Assembly: GCA_041661305.1 (NCBI GenBank) | Contig: JBAZUR010000002.1 | Span: 10,621-74,620 of the forward strand | Length of the DNA stretch: 64,000 bases | Direction: 5' to 3' | Source: Minisyncoccota bacterium | GTDB lineage: Bacteria > Patescibacteriota > Minisyncoccia > Phycocordibacterales > VMEP01 | Shown: positions 8,542 to 18,896 of the stretch, piece by piece | Numbering within the stretch: position 1 is the first letter of the stretch | Layout: each line of letters opens with the position of its first letter | Notes under the pieces: model-generated | What the model was told of the DNA's origin: nothing | Database searches by the model: none | The model's input: only the letters and a program-made list of their open reading frames with translations | Translations under genes and position numbers: made by a program

Positions 8542-10962
8542 TTACTTACCCTCTGTTTTTTTATTATCTTCTCTTGCTTTCATCCTTTCAAGACTTTCTA
8601 CAAATCTTTGGAGATTTCTTGCGTTATTTTTTGCTGTTTCTCTTTCAAATAGTAGTTTTGCGCGATCATTCTTATCTCCACGGTCGCCGAGTTCGTCGAG
8701 TTTCATTTGTATATTTATTGACTCTTTTGTAAATGAATCAATGGCTTCTTTCACAGATTGGTTGCTCCCCATCAAACTTTTTATCGTTCCTTCAAGTTTA
8801 GATATTTCTTGGTCAGATTTATATTTTGAGCCGATTTCTTTCTCTGCTTTTTTGGTTGCCCCGGCATTACCAAATTTTATTGCCTGTGGAATAATCTCCC
8901 CACCTTCAATATAGTTTTTATTTTTTAGTTGTTCAAAATATGATTTTTGGCGTTCTTGTGTTACCACCCTATTCTTTGCCTCTTCCGACGATTTAATTTC
9001 ACCCTCAATAATTGAAGACTTGTCGGTTTGCTTAAATTTCTCCAGCCTTAGAGCAAGTTGCTCCTTATCGTTTTTGCCGGCTTTTTCTGCGTCAGTTAAT
9101 TTAACATTATCGAGAATCTTTTTATCTGCAGCTTTTTTAGCCACCGCCTTTTCTTCCTCAGTTAACTTAACTGTTTTGGCTTCTAGTAGCTTTGCGATAT
9201 CAGCACGTTCTTTACCGCGTTCTTTTTCGGCACGGTCAAGGTCTCCGCGGAAACCATCCGTAAGATCTTTTGGTTTTTGTCCTAGGTCAACCTTGGCGCC
9301 AGTTGCCCCAGCAAGTTTAGAACCCAATCCTCCAATAAGTGGTGTTTCACCGGCGGCGCGAACATCAAAACTAGACTTAGCTACTCCTACGGTACTTTGT
9401 AGAGCTAGGCGAGCAAATCTATTATTTGAAGCCGCAGACTTAGCCCATTCTTGGTTGGCGACCCAAGAGGCCCCTGCTCCAACTGTTCGCCTAGCTATCA
9501 AACCGCCAGCTCCGCCAGCAAGTGCTCCTGCCCCGACAGACAGCATCCCAGAAATTTTTGATCCCGCTGATCCGCTTAGCTCTCGTGTGGTTTTAACTGC
9601 TGCGAGCAAAAGTCCTATCGCAATCAAAAAACTAAAGATTACACCAACGGTATTTACGTCTGGGGAAGTAAGCGCACTCGCCATGTTTGAACCAGATACA
9701 TTTTCTGTATATGTCGTAACAGTAGAACTTACACCTCCGCTTGCGGTTAACGCAGCGGCTAGATTTGTATTTTCTGTGTAGGTTGCAACGGTAGATTTCA
9801 TGCTTCCCGTGGTAGCTACAGAGGAAGCGCTATTTAATCCGTTATTTCCACCACCAAGAATTATTAGAATCATCCACATAAACATAAGGAAAACTGGAGC
9901 CACAAGAACTTGCTCCCAGAGTTGATCCCACCACATCTTGGAGTACTTGGCTGTTTTTGGGATAAGACCAGCTACGTAGGCAAATGGTGAAAGAGGAAGA
10001 AGAAGGATGAGGATTATTGCGCGCGACAAAAAGATAAACGCAACTGAAAGAAAAGAAAAAGCAGTAATAAGAATAAAAATCACACCCATTAACGAGATAG
10101 TTAATATTTGGAAAAAATCAACAGAGTTGGAGGCAAAAACCGATTGTATTTTTGTTAGTTGGAAAAACTTATCAGATATTCCCCCAGCGGAAAAGTTTCC
10201 AGTTTGAGAGGGGTCTATAATTCCTGAATAAAATTGAAAAGCTACAATGTTTGAGGTATCAATAATGACTTTAGTAAAAAAGAGGCTGAAGTTTATTAAA
10301 AGAGCGGCGATTATAATGCTTGGAATTAATTTTTTACCATCACCTATTTGAAGAATGTTTTGTATTGAAATCCAAAGGAGAGCAAAAATAAAAATAATAT
10401 TCGACATATCGCGAATAGTTCCCCAAGCAAGATTAATCCCAGGAGTTTTCTGTATAAATTCAGCCATGTTTAGGTTGAATTTAATTGATTGATTAAGTAA
10501 TACGCTGGCAAGGTCAAGAAACCAACTACTGAGCCATAGGGCGCTGTTTCCAAACCATACAGTTGTACATCTCATAGCGTTCCCTGTAGCTAAAGCGCTC
10601 CAAGTACCACAATCAAGTTTTACGTTTTCATTAGCAGTTCCGTCAAAAGCCGAGGCGGGTAAAGCTTTTGAAGTTTCTACTTGAATACAATTTAAGTATG
10701 CACCTGAATTCCCGTCTTTAAGATAAGCACAAGCTTGTTCTGGGTTTGCCGAAGAGCTTAGTGCGTCTGTTTGATTATCTCTGTTTTGAATATCTTCCTG
10801 GAGAATACAAGGTCCCCCATTTGGGTCTTCTACATAAGGAGCTTCACAGCTTTGCGCTTCCGCAACATTATTTCCAAGCAATGGTGGTAAAACAAAAAAC
10901 AAAAAAGCAAAAAATAATATTGCTGAGGAGTAGAATATTTTTTTTGAAAAAAAAGATTTCAT
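8542..10962 (-). CDS. VirB6/TrbL-like polytopic membrane protein with coiled-coil tail
   Basis: WGTIRDMSN, LINFSLFFTKVIID, LSPFAYV..IP; Gly/Ala-rich then charged C-terminus. Confidence 0.75.
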   Translation of the reverse strand: MKSFFSKKIFYSSAILFFAFLFFVLPPLLGNNVAEAQSCEAPYVEDPNGGPCILQEDIQNRDNQTDALSSSANPEQACAYLKDGNSGAYLNCIQVETSKALPASAFDGTANENVKLDCGTWSALATGNAMRCTTVWFGNSALWLSSWFLDLASVLLNQSIKFNLNMAEFIQKTPGINLAWGTIRDMSNIIFIFALLWISIQNILQIGDGKKLIPSIIIAALLINFSLFFTKVIIDTSNIVAFQFYSGIIDPSQTGNFSAGGISDKFFQLTKIQSVFASNSVDFFQILTISLMGVIFILITAFSFLSVAFIFLSRAIILILLLPLSPFAYVAGLIPKTAKYSKMWWDQLWEQVLVAPVFLMFMWMILIILGGGNNGLNSASSVATTGSMKSTVATYTENTNLAAALTASGGVSSTVTTYTENVSGSNMASALTSPDVNTVGVIFSFLIAIGLLLAAVKTTRELSGSAGSKISGMLSVGAGALAGGAGGLIARRTVGAGASWVANQEWAKSAASNNRFARLALQSTVGVAKSSFDVRAAGETPLIGGLGSKLAGATGAKVDLGQKPKDLTDGFRGDLDRAEKERGKERADIAKLLEAKTVKLTEEEKAVAKKAADKKILDNVKLTDAEKAGKNDKEQLALRLEKFKQTDKSSIIEGEIKSSEEAKNRVVTQERQKSYFEQLKNKNYIEGGEIIPQAIKFGNAGATKKAEKEIGSKYKSDQEISKLEGTIKSLMGSNQSVKEAIDSFTKESINIQMKLDELGDRGDKNDRAKLLFERETAKNNARNLQRFVESLERMKAREDNKKTEGK

Positions 10963-10965
10963 TTT

Positions 10966-13206
10966 TTAATAGTATGTGTTTTGGTTTCTTCCTTCTCTCT
11001 CTAATCTTTCTTTTTCTAAAATTGCCTGGTGCTCTGTCTGACAATTACTAAAAGCACTCGAGGCGGTATCTCTAATTGCTCTTATTTCAGAAAACTGCGA
11101 TGCCGCGGTTTCGGCCATATCAGGAGTTGGAACTCCATCTGAGCCGGAAATTGCCACGAGTGAATATGAAGCTGTCTGGAAATCAGTTCTTCCAGAAGTG
11201 ATAGCTTCCTTTAGTGCTGCGAAAGGAATTATTTTTAAAGAGATGGCACCAATCTCTCTTTCTAGTTTGCTTATTAAATCATTGTAGTATGTTTGTTGAG
11301 CAAAAAGTGAAGGTGAACTCAATTGACTATCCAAAGTGCTTGGGCAATAAGTTGCTGGGCTAAAGGATATTAAGGCGCTAGTAGTTGAAGCAGCTTCATG
11401 CACAACATTTAGTGTTTCATTACGTATACCAAGGTATCCCGCAAAAGCATTAGTTGTGTTATCTATACTAGCGACAATGTCGTTGATTGAATTAATTTCT
11501 TGGGTTCGACTCGCTTGGTTATTGGCAAGATTATCGTCAGTGTAGGAAAAGAAAGAACTTTCGGCTAAAGACTGTGCTAACGCGCGGTCTTGTGGAGAAA
11601 CATCTTCGTTTGAGTTTGCGTCTATGTTTGAAACGTTTCTCGATGGAGCGGTTGCTGCGGCGCGAAGCCTCTCCTCTATTGTTGAGGCTGGTGTTGTTAT
11701 TTTGGTCTTACGACAAGCACCAGGGACGACATCAGCACCTGTATCCAAACACTCCTTTATTGGGGGGACTCCGTCTTTTGCCTCTATCTTTGCGGCTTCC
11801 TCGGCTTCTGAGAGAGAAGAACCCAAATCTTCGCTTACTCGTAGGTAGTTTGCTGCAACGTTATTTTGAGAAGCCAAAACAAAACATTTAATAGAAGAAC
11901 AAACCGAGGTGTCACCATTTCGGTATCTTGTGGCATTTGTTGCGCCAATAGCTTTTGCCAGCGGATCTTCGTATTTCGCTATTCTGCCTGCAGCTGTTTC
12001 TGATTGTTGTGAAGCGATAACTGCTTTTATGTTTTCTTCTCTATAAGGAGAATTAGTTTTAGATAAATCAGAGACAAAAATCCTTGTTTGGTTTTGTGCT
12101 TGTTTTGCAAGGTAGTCATTAAAGTTTGTTAGATACAAAGGGTTGCCATTATTCCCAGTGTTTAACCACTTCATTTCATTTTCTTGCATTTTGGCGATCG
12201 TAATACGTGAGCTTGTGTAAGCTATTCTGTCTAAACAAGTCTGTTTTGTTTTAAGAGTAGATGTATCTTGTTGCAAAGTGTTTATTTGTTTAACGATTGT
12301 TTGTGGGTCTGTTGGCACTGTTCCACCCCCGCCGAGCAAAGAAAGAACACTCCCTACTCCAGGAAGAGCAGACCCAGCTCCACCGAACACGCTCCCCAGC
12401 TCTCCCGCAGTGTATCCTGCAGACATTCCACCCAAAGTATTTCCAAGGCTAACAAGAGAGCCAGAGCCAATTTCTGCTCCAAGATTAACAAGCATGCTTC
12501 CAGTATTATTTACTACCCCAGATAGTAGGTCGCTAGATAAAACACTAGTTACTATTTTGTCAGCACCACCGACAACATTTTGAATTGCTCCGTTAATACC
12601 ACTATTAACACCTCCAATTTGACCGTTTATATTATTCAGTGCTTCGTTAATAACACCGTTTGCTTTATTTTCTAGTGCGGTACCAACTTGGCCAGCTATT
12701 TTTCCTGCCGTGTTTCCAATGACACCACCGCCCAAAGCTTCATTAACAGACCCAGAAGCTTTTGCTCCAAGGCCGTTTATCCCTGCACTACTTAAAAGTT
12801 GCTGTCCAAGAGAGGAAAGAGTACTACTTACAGCTCCTCCGACAGCGCTACACCCTGAATCGGCAAGGTTTTTGGCAAGAGCTTCATTTGCTGTGTTTAA
12901 GGAAGCCGTTTTTATTCCCGTGGATAGCGTAACGCAACTGTTTGATTCATCGTAAATACCAGATGGACACGATTGAGCCGAAGAGGCCTCTGTTGAAGGG
13001 ACATAAGCTCCGGTTGCAGGGTTGTAGTATGAATCTGTGTAATCCGAAGTTCGAACATTTTCGCCTGTTGCTGGATTATAATATTCGTTTGTTTGCGCTC
13101 TAGTTATGTTTGTAGTTGAAAAGAAAGAAGAAACAACAAACAAATAAATAAGAAATATTGAAATTGTTTTTTTAACCATATTCCTTTTAGCAGAAAATAG
13201 AACCAT
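10966..13206 (-). CDS. Large secreted T4SS-cluster protein with Gly-rich region and Cys pairs
   Basis: Signal peptide, 2x YYNPATG, G/N/L-rich segment, GNNGNPLY, KITTPASTI. Confidence 0.65.
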   Translation of the reverse strand: MVLFSAKRNMVKKTISIFLIYLFVVSSFFSTTNITRAQTNEYYNPATGENVRTSDYTDSYYNPATGAYVPSTEASSAQSCPSGIYDESNSCVTLSTGIKTASLNTANEALAKNLADSGCSAVGGAVSSTLSSLGQQLLSSAGINGLGAKASGSVNEALGGGVIGNTAGKIAGQVGTALENKANGVINEALNNINGQIGGVNSGINGAIQNVVGGADKIVTSVLSSDLLSGVVNNTGSMLVNLGAEIGSGSLVSLGNTLGGMSAGYTAGELGSVFGGAGSALPGVGSVLSLLGGGGTVPTDPQTIVKQINTLQQDTSTLKTKQTCLDRIAYTSSRITIAKMQENEMKWLNTGNNGNPLYLTNFNDYLAKQAQNQTRIFVSDLSKTNSPYREENIKAVIASQQSETAAGRIAKYEDPLAKAIGATNATRYRNGDTSVCSSIKCFVLASQNNVAANYLRVSEDLGSSLSEAEEAAKIEAKDGVPPIKECLDTGADVVPGACRKTKITTPASTIEERLRAAATAPSRNVSNIDANSNEDVSPQDRALAQSLAESSFFSYTDDNLANNQASRTQEINSINDIVASIDNTTNAFAGYLGIRNETLNVVHEAASTTSALISFSPATYCPSTLDSQLSSPSLFAQQTYYNDLISKLEREIGAISLKIIPFAALKEAITSGRTDFQTASYSLVAISGSDGVPTPDMAETAASQFSEIRAIRDTASSAFSNCQTEHQAILEKERLEREGRNQNTYY

Positions 13207-13211
13207 AGTTT

Positions 13212-14156
13212 TTACGGCTGTGTATTATTAAGTATAACACCACTTTTAAAATATATCTCTAGTGTTTTAGCGGTTTCTACCAATTTATTGCTATAGGAAA
13301 GATATTGATTAAGACCGTTCATCGAAAGAAGAGGGTCGGAAAAAATTTGCCCGACAATTTTCAGAGAATCAGCCGTTCCTCGGTAGTTATTTATCAGATC
13401 AAGGTGAAGCTCTGCTATTTTTTCTGGAACCGCGATTTCCACGGTGTCCTTGGCTATGTTTGTGTAGGCGTTTATGTAAGGAACTAGTTTTGTTTGCAAT
13501 GTTTGGTCGCTAGTTTCAAGAGAGGTAGAGATTACTGTGATTTCTTGTCCTAGGTTATATTTCGAATATTTTTGGATTACCGTTCCAAGATTTTTGCTGT
13601 AAGCTAAAATTTCTGCATCACTGGCGTTTTTTATAACAGTGAGGTCGTTTATTGTGTATAGGGGGCGTATCTCCTCTTGTTTTATGTTGGAATATATAAT
13701 TTTTGCGGTTTCTCGTACTGTTTCTGGGTCAAATTTTCCAGCGTTTTTAAGAGCTGAAGCTGCCACAAAAAACTGCTGACCGAACTGATCTGTCGCAGAG
13801 GTTGTAATCTCTCCACTCGTGGTATTTTTAGCCACATTTTGTTTATGAACTTCAGTTCCGTCTAATATTCCGTTGTTATTTGAGTCTTTATTGTTCGGAT
13901 CTGTACCATAAAGTGCTTCCTCCCAGTCTTTTAGTCCATCCTTATCACTGTCTTTGTTTATTAAATCTGCGACGGAGTCGTTTACCCCACCATTAATAAC
14001 CAAAACACCTTGTTCTTCTTGTTTTGTTTCTGTAATTAGTGGATTAGAAACTCCTTTGTTGGAAAAAACAGATAAACTTATAATTGTTAACCCTAAAATA
14101 GATGCGGCAACTAATTTTTTGTTCTTAAGAAAGTTTCGCACGGATTGAGAATTCAT
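13212..14156 (-). CDS. Membrane-anchored protein with TSP3-like Ca-binding repeat
   Basis: DSDKDGLKDWEEALYGTDPNNKDSNNNGILDG. Confidence 0.7.
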   Translation of the reverse strand: MNSQSVRNFLKNKKLVAASILGLTIISLSVFSNKGVSNPLITETKQEEQGVLVINGGVNDSVADLINKDSDKDGLKDWEEALYGTDPNNKDSNNNGILDGTEVHKQNVAKNTTSGEITTSATDQFGQQFFVAASALKNAGKFDPETVRETAKIIYSNIKQEEIRPLYTINDLTVIKNASDAEILAYSKNLGTVIQKYSKYNLGQEITVISTSLETSDQTLQTKLVPYINAYTNIAKDTVEIAVPEKIAELHLDLINNYRGTADSLKIVGQIFSDPLLSMNGLNQYLSYSNKLVETAKTLEIYFKSGVILNNTQP

Positions 14157-14228
14157 AGATTGTTTAAGTATAGCAAGGAAATCGTTGTTTTTCTGTGGAT
14201 TCTTTGGTTTGTGTGGATATTCTTTTTT

Positions 14229-14318
14229 AAAATACTTTTGAAAAACACGTATAATTTTTTGCTAAAAATTTACTATGCTCGGCTCGTCAGCCTGCGCAAT
14301 GTTTTTCGAAAGTATTTT
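14229..14318 (-). repeat. Dispersed three-way-junction repeat, copy 2 (54-nt core + 18-bp IR)
   Basis: Arms 14229-14246/14301-14318 (one mismatch); core matches the other copies. Confidence 0.9.
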
Positions 14319-14344
14319 GTTTTACTTTGTTATATAATAGTTGT

Positions 14345-14683
14345 ATGAGAAAAATGTTTCTTTTTCTGTTTCTAGGACTAATGTCGTTTTTGATTGCCTC
14401 ACCTTTATCTGTTAACGCCGCCTCAGTCTTTGGTGGAAGAATAATGAGTGTGATTCCTTGCACCTGCTCTCCTGGAATGGCAGTAATAGTCGGTCCTCCA
14501 CGCCCAGCAATCCTTCTTTATATTCCGGGAGCTTCTCGTTTATTTAGGTACGGAAGAATAATGCCCGGAGTGTGGTCATTAGGAGATTATTCTTCTGGCG
14601 GTACTTGTATGCAGATTGCTGGAAAAACTTGCGCCCCATACCCTCCAATACAAGGAACAATACTCAAAATAGGAACGTCATAA
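14345..14683 (+). CDS. Small secreted Cys-containing protein
   Basis: Signal peptide; FGGRI..PCTCS and C-terminal Cys pair; ATG at 14345 follows TATAAT. Confidence 0.7.
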   Translation: MRKMFLFLFLGLMSFLIASPLSVNAASVFGGRIMSVIPCTCSPGMAVIVGPPRPAILLYIPGASRLFRYGRIMPGVWSLGDYSSGGTCMQIAGKTCAPYPPIQGTILKIGTS

Positions 14684-14692
14684 TCATAAGGA

Positions 14693-15475
14693 TTACAAAT
14701 GTTTTGTGATTTCTAGGAATTTTTTTGCGGAAACATCTTCTGCTCGCGTGTTTTCATTTAAGCCAAGCTCTGCGAAAGTTTTTAAGACAGCATCCTTTTT
14801 TGCAACCAAAGAGAGGTTGCTTGAAAGCTTTTTTCGTTTACTGCTAAATCCTGCTTTTAGTAATTCAAAAAATCTTTTCTCGTCAATTTTATTTTTAAAA
14901 GGTGATTTTATATTTTCAACAGTAAGGACAGCCGAATCAACATTTGGTTTTGGAAAAAAACTTCCAGCAGAAACACGACGCGTTATTTTTGGAATACCGT
15001 ACACTTTTACCGAAATAGACAAAACACTTTCTTTTTCGTCGCGAGCAATCACTCTTTCCGCAACTTCTTTCTGTACCATAAAAACCATTGTTTTTGGACG
15101 AGGGCCGGTTTCTAGAAAAAGACGAAAAAGTAAACCGGTTACGTTGTAAGGAATATTTGCTATCAATTTATAAGACTCTTCTTTTATTTTGTAATCATTA
15201 AAATCAAAATCAAGAATATCTCCTTGAACTAAGATTAATTTCTTATTAGAAATTTCCTTCGCGAATTTTTCCGTAAGAAAAGAAAATAGTTCACGGTCTT
15301 TTTCCACGGCGATTACTTGTTTTGAATATTTAAGTAAAAACTCTGTTAATATCCCCTTTCCTGGACCAACCTCAAGCACAATATCTTTTTTTGAAATATT
15401 TCCAGCTAAGGCAATATCCTCAGCAATCTTTTTGTTGGTTAGAAAATTTTGCCCTAGTGATTTTTTTGGTTTCAT
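14693..15475 (-). CDS. rsmA: 16S rRNA dimethyladenosine transferase
   Basis: KKSLGQNFL, EVGPGKG, ANIPY, QKEVA, PKPNVDS. Confidence 0.95.
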   Translation of the reverse strand: MKPKKSLGQNFLTNKKIAEDIALAGNISKKDIVLEVGPGKGILTEFLLKYSKQVIAVEKDRELFSFLTEKFAKEISNKKLILVQGDILDFDFNDYKIKEESYKLIANIPYNVTGLLFRLFLETGPRPKTMVFMVQKEVAERVIARDEKESVLSISVKVYGIPKITRRVSAGSFFPKPNVDSAVLTVENIKSPFKNKIDEKRFFELLKAGFSSKRKKLSSNLSLVAKKDAVLKTFAELGLNENTRAEDVSAKKFLEITKHL

Positions 15476-15476
15476 T

Positions 15477-17420
15477 TTAGTCTAGATATATTACCTTACC
15501 CAAAGATTCACTTCTCTCTGTCTGCTCAAGAAGCATTGGGTCAATGTCGTAAATAAATTCTGAAGGAGTCTCAACTTGGCGCGAGCCAAATATTGTTCGC
15601 ACCGTAGCAAAAGTTAAGAATACTTTTTTTCGAGCACGAGTAAGGGCAACGTAAAACAAACGACGTTCTTCCTCGGAGTCTTCTTCTGTGGTTGTTGGAA
15701 GATTAACCCTTGCGTGAGGAAAAAGATCTTGTTCAAGCCCAACAATAAAAACATAATCAAACTCAAGTCCTTTTGAAGCATGGGCAGTCATTAGACGAAC
15801 TCCATCTTTATTCTTCTTTTGGTCCATGGAATCTTGGTCGCTTGCAAGCGCTGCGTCAGAAAGTAATTTTTCAACTCCTTCGTCCGCTTCGAAAATATCA
15901 TATTTTGTTGCGAGTGATGCGAGTTCCATCATGTTCTCTAGTCGCTCTAAATCATCTTCCCCACCCTCTTTAAAAAATTTTTCCAACCCCGTTTCTTTTA
16001 TTACAAAACGAACAAGGTCCGAAGTCTTCATTGTTTCCGATGAATTTTTTATTTTTTCAAGAAGAGCCCAAAAAATTGAAATTCGTTCTTTCATTTTCGG
16101 AGGAAGAGAACCTTCTTTACCAGAAAAAATTTTAGCGATAGTTGCGTCCCCAACTCCTCTTGGTGGAACGTTAATAACTCTTTTTATATCTGAGAGTCCA
16201 GATGGGTTTCTTGCTGCGCGAATATAGGCTAAGACATCCTTAACCTCTTTTCGTTCAAAGAACTTCACTCCAAGCACACGGTGTGGAACATTAAGAGAAA
16301 GAAAACCTTCTTCAAGTGCGCGCGACTGATAGTTTGCGCGATATAAAACAGCAATTTCGTTTGAAGGAACCCCCTCCGCAATTAGTTCTAAAGATTTTTG
16401 AGCGATGAAGCGTGCTTCATCTGCCTCGTCATAAGCTTCAAAAACTGCAATTTTTTCACCCTCAACGTTTTTTGTAAAAAGATTTTTTTCTTTGCGAATT
16501 TTATTTTTTTTAATAATATCGTTTGCTGCTTGGAGGATGTTTTGAGTTGAGCGATAGTTCTCCTCAAGAAGAACAACCATTGCTCCTGGGTAGTCTTGTT
16601 CAAAATTTAAAATATTTCGTAGATTTGCTCCACGCCAACCATAAATATTTTGATCACTGTCACCAACAACGCAAATATTTTTTTCTTTCTTGGCTAGAAG
16701 ACGTGATAATTCGTATTGCGCAGTGTTTGTATCTTGATACTCATCGATGTGAATATATTTCCAAGTATTATGATATTTTTTCAAAACCTCTTCGTTGTCG
16801 CGTAAAAGAACAGCTGTGCGAGTAACGAGATCGTCAAAGTCAAAAGCATTTTCTTCTTTCAATAAGGTTTCGTATTTTTTCCAAACAGAAGAAAGTACTT
16901 TTGGAAAATAACCCTCAGCTGTTTCTGAATATTCTTCGGAAGAAATAACATTTCCTTTGTGGCGGGATATTGCCCAGCGTAGTCGTGCAGGGTCAAATTG
17001 CTTTGGATCTAAGTCTAGACTTTTAATTGCATTTTTAACTAACGAGACGGTTTCCTGTTCGTCCAAGATTGAAAAGCGGGCAGTTCTTTCTACGAGTGTA
17101 GCGTTTTCTCTTAAAATTTTTACCCCTAAAGAATGGAAGGTTGAGACAAGGGGGCCGTCTTTTAATCCAAAATCGGCAACCGAACGGCGTGTTTGGAGTA
17201 GCACAGAAACACGGTGCCCCATTTCCGCCGCGGCCTTATTTGTAAAAGTAATGGCTAAAATAGAGCTGGGAGTAACCCCTTTTTCTACTAAGTGAAGTAT
17301 TCTATGGGTTATGGTTTTTGTTTTTCCTGCTCCGGCACCGGCAATAATCAAAAGAGGGCCCTCCGTTTGAACAACAGCCTCTTGTTGTTGTTGGTTTAGC
17401 TCGTTTTTTAAGTCAGACAT
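15477..17420 (-). CDS. pcrA: UvrD/PcrA SF1 helicase
   Basis: AGAGAGKT, DEYQD, GDSDQNIY, NYRS, HASKGLEF, EERRLFYVALTRA. Confidence 0.93.
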   Translation of the reverse strand: MSDLKNELNQQQQEAVVQTEGPLLIIAGAGAGKTKTITHRILHLVEKGVTPSSILAITFTNKAAAEMGHRVSVLLQTRRSVADFGLKDGPLVSTFHSLGVKILRENATLVERTARFSILDEQETVSLVKNAIKSLDLDPKQFDPARLRWAISRHKGNVISSEEYSETAEGYFPKVLSSVWKKYETLLKEENAFDFDDLVTRTAVLLRDNEEVLKKYHNTWKYIHIDEYQDTNTAQYELSRLLAKKEKNICVVGDSDQNIYGWRGANLRNILNFEQDYPGAMVVLLEENYRSTQNILQAANDIIKKNKIRKEKNLFTKNVEGEKIAVFEAYDEADEARFIAQKSLELIAEGVPSNEIAVLYRANYQSRALEEGFLSLNVPHRVLGVKFFERKEVKDVLAYIRAARNPSGLSDIKRVINVPPRGVGDATIAKIFSGKEGSLPPKMKERISIFWALLEKIKNSSETMKTSDLVRFVIKETGLEKFFKEGGEDDLERLENMMELASLATKYDIFEADEGVEKLLSDAALASDQDSMDQKKNKDGVRLMTAHASKGLEFDYVFIVGLEQDLFPHARVNLPTTTEEDSEEERRLFYVALTRARKKVFLTFATVRTIFGSRQVETPSEFIYDIDPMLLEQTERSESLGKVIYLD

Positions 17421-17540
17421 TGATGGAACTATAACACTTCAATCCTTATTACAGAAAAATAGAGAACTTTTTGTTTTTAAATAAAAAATATTACCAAGGT
17501 CATTCATTTTTTGATTACCCCCGAGCTATCCCCAGGTCGA

Positions 17541-17569
17541 TTGACTTCCATCCACTATAGGGATACCAT
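17541..17569 (+). promoter_or_regulatory. Putative sigma70 promoter for LysM/M23 gene
   Basis: TTGACT-N17-TACCAT. Confidence 0.45.
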
Positions 17570-17812
17570 TTTAGATGAGGACGGGAATACCTCGTCTAAA
17601 ACAGAAAAATGGCTCTGCTAGGCCATTTTTAGCCCTTTTAGGGCTTTAAGATAGCAAAATTGCTTGTTTTTCAACGGTTTTTGCCCACACGGGTCATACA
17701 TGAAACAAGTAGTTTTTAAAATAGGCTTATTAAACATCTAGAAAAAGACCTTGGTTGTGCTAACCAAGCGAAAAAACCCTTATTTTTAGGGCTTCTGTCA
17801 AAGAGGCTTCTG

Positions 17813-18832
17813 TTGTTGTTTATTGGTGTTTTATTGGTTATCTCCTCTCCTTCCACAGCTTCTGCGGGAGTCTTTTCTAAAATAAACGACCTTTTTTCTA
17901 AAAATGATTCTGAGCAGAGCAAAATAAGTAATTCTCAAAACATGGATATCTTAGAGGCTGTGACCGGTCCTGTTGGTCAAAGTTTACCAAGTGGTGGTGG
18001 CGATATTACTATTGTTGGAGGGATGGCTCTTCTTCCAGACGCTGGTCCTTCCGGAACACAGGTTGAGGTAAACGAAAAACCAACCCCTGCTTTTGGGCAG
18101 GTCAGTACATATACGGTTCGCGCGGGAGATACCCTCTCAAGTATTGCTAAAATGTTTGATGTTAGTGTTGGGACAGTTTTAAGCGCAAACGATTTAAAAA
18201 GAGGTGATGCTTTAGTTGTCGGACAGAAACTTATAATTTTGCCTGTATCGGGTGTTCAGTACACGATTAGTAAAGGAGATACGATCTCTTCTATTTCAAA
18301 GAAATATAAAGTAGATGTTGGTGAAATTATCGGGTTCAATGGTTTTTCTTCGGAGAGTGACGTCCTTCCTATTGGGGAATCAATAATCATTCCTTTCGCC
18401 GAAACAGAACAAAAGAGTACAACCATTGTTCCATCCAAGAAAATTGTTAACAAAGCACACGGCACTGGTGGGCCTGATTACACTGGGTACTTCATACGCC
18501 CAGTCTTAGAAGAGCTTGGTAGAAAGTCCCAGGGCTTACATGGATACAACGGTGTTGATATCGCAGCCAAAAAAGGAACTCCAATAATCGCCGCAGCCGC
18601 AGGTGAAGTTATTGTTGCAAGAAGTGGTGGGTGGAATGGTGGCTATGGATCGTATGTTGTTATTGCACACGGTAACGGAACACAAACTCTTTATGGCCAC
18701 ATGAGTTCAGTTGCTGTGGAGGAAGGATGGCATGTAAGCAAGGGTCAAACTATTGGGCAAGTTGGTTCAACCGGGCGCTCGACAGGATCACATCTTCATT
18801 TTGAGATTCGTGGTGCGAAGAACCCATTTTAA
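17813..18832 (+). CDS. LysM x2 + M23 metallopeptidase (start uncertain)
   Basis: YTVRAGDTLSSIA LysM repeats; HxxxxD, YGH and GRSTGSHLHFE. Confidence 0.9.
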   Translation: MLFIGVLLVISSPSTASAGVFSKINDLFSKNDSEQSKISNSQNMDILEAVTGPVGQSLPSGGGDITIVGGMALLPDAGPSGTQVEVNEKPTPAFGQVSTYTVRAGDTLSSIAKMFDVSVGTVLSANDLKRGDALVVGQKLIILPVSGVQYTISKGDTISSISKKYKVDVGEIIGFNGFSSESDVLPIGESIIIPFAETEQKSTTIVPSKKIVNKAHGTGGPDYTGYFIRPVLEELGRKSQGLHGYNGVDIAAKKGTPIIAAAAGEVIVARSGGWNGGYGSYVVIAHGNGTQTLYGHMSSVAVEEGWHVSKGQTIGQVGSTGRSTGSHLHFEIRGAKNPF

Positions 18833-18896
18833 AGAAAGAACGACGGGTAAGGATGAACGCCCAAAATTTCATTTGCGATCTAGATAATCGACCAAA

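Noticed and set aside
9020-9781. Long antisense ORFs (also 33701-34213, 36218-36847, 62802-63299)
   Set aside because: Shadows of well-supported genes on the opposite strand
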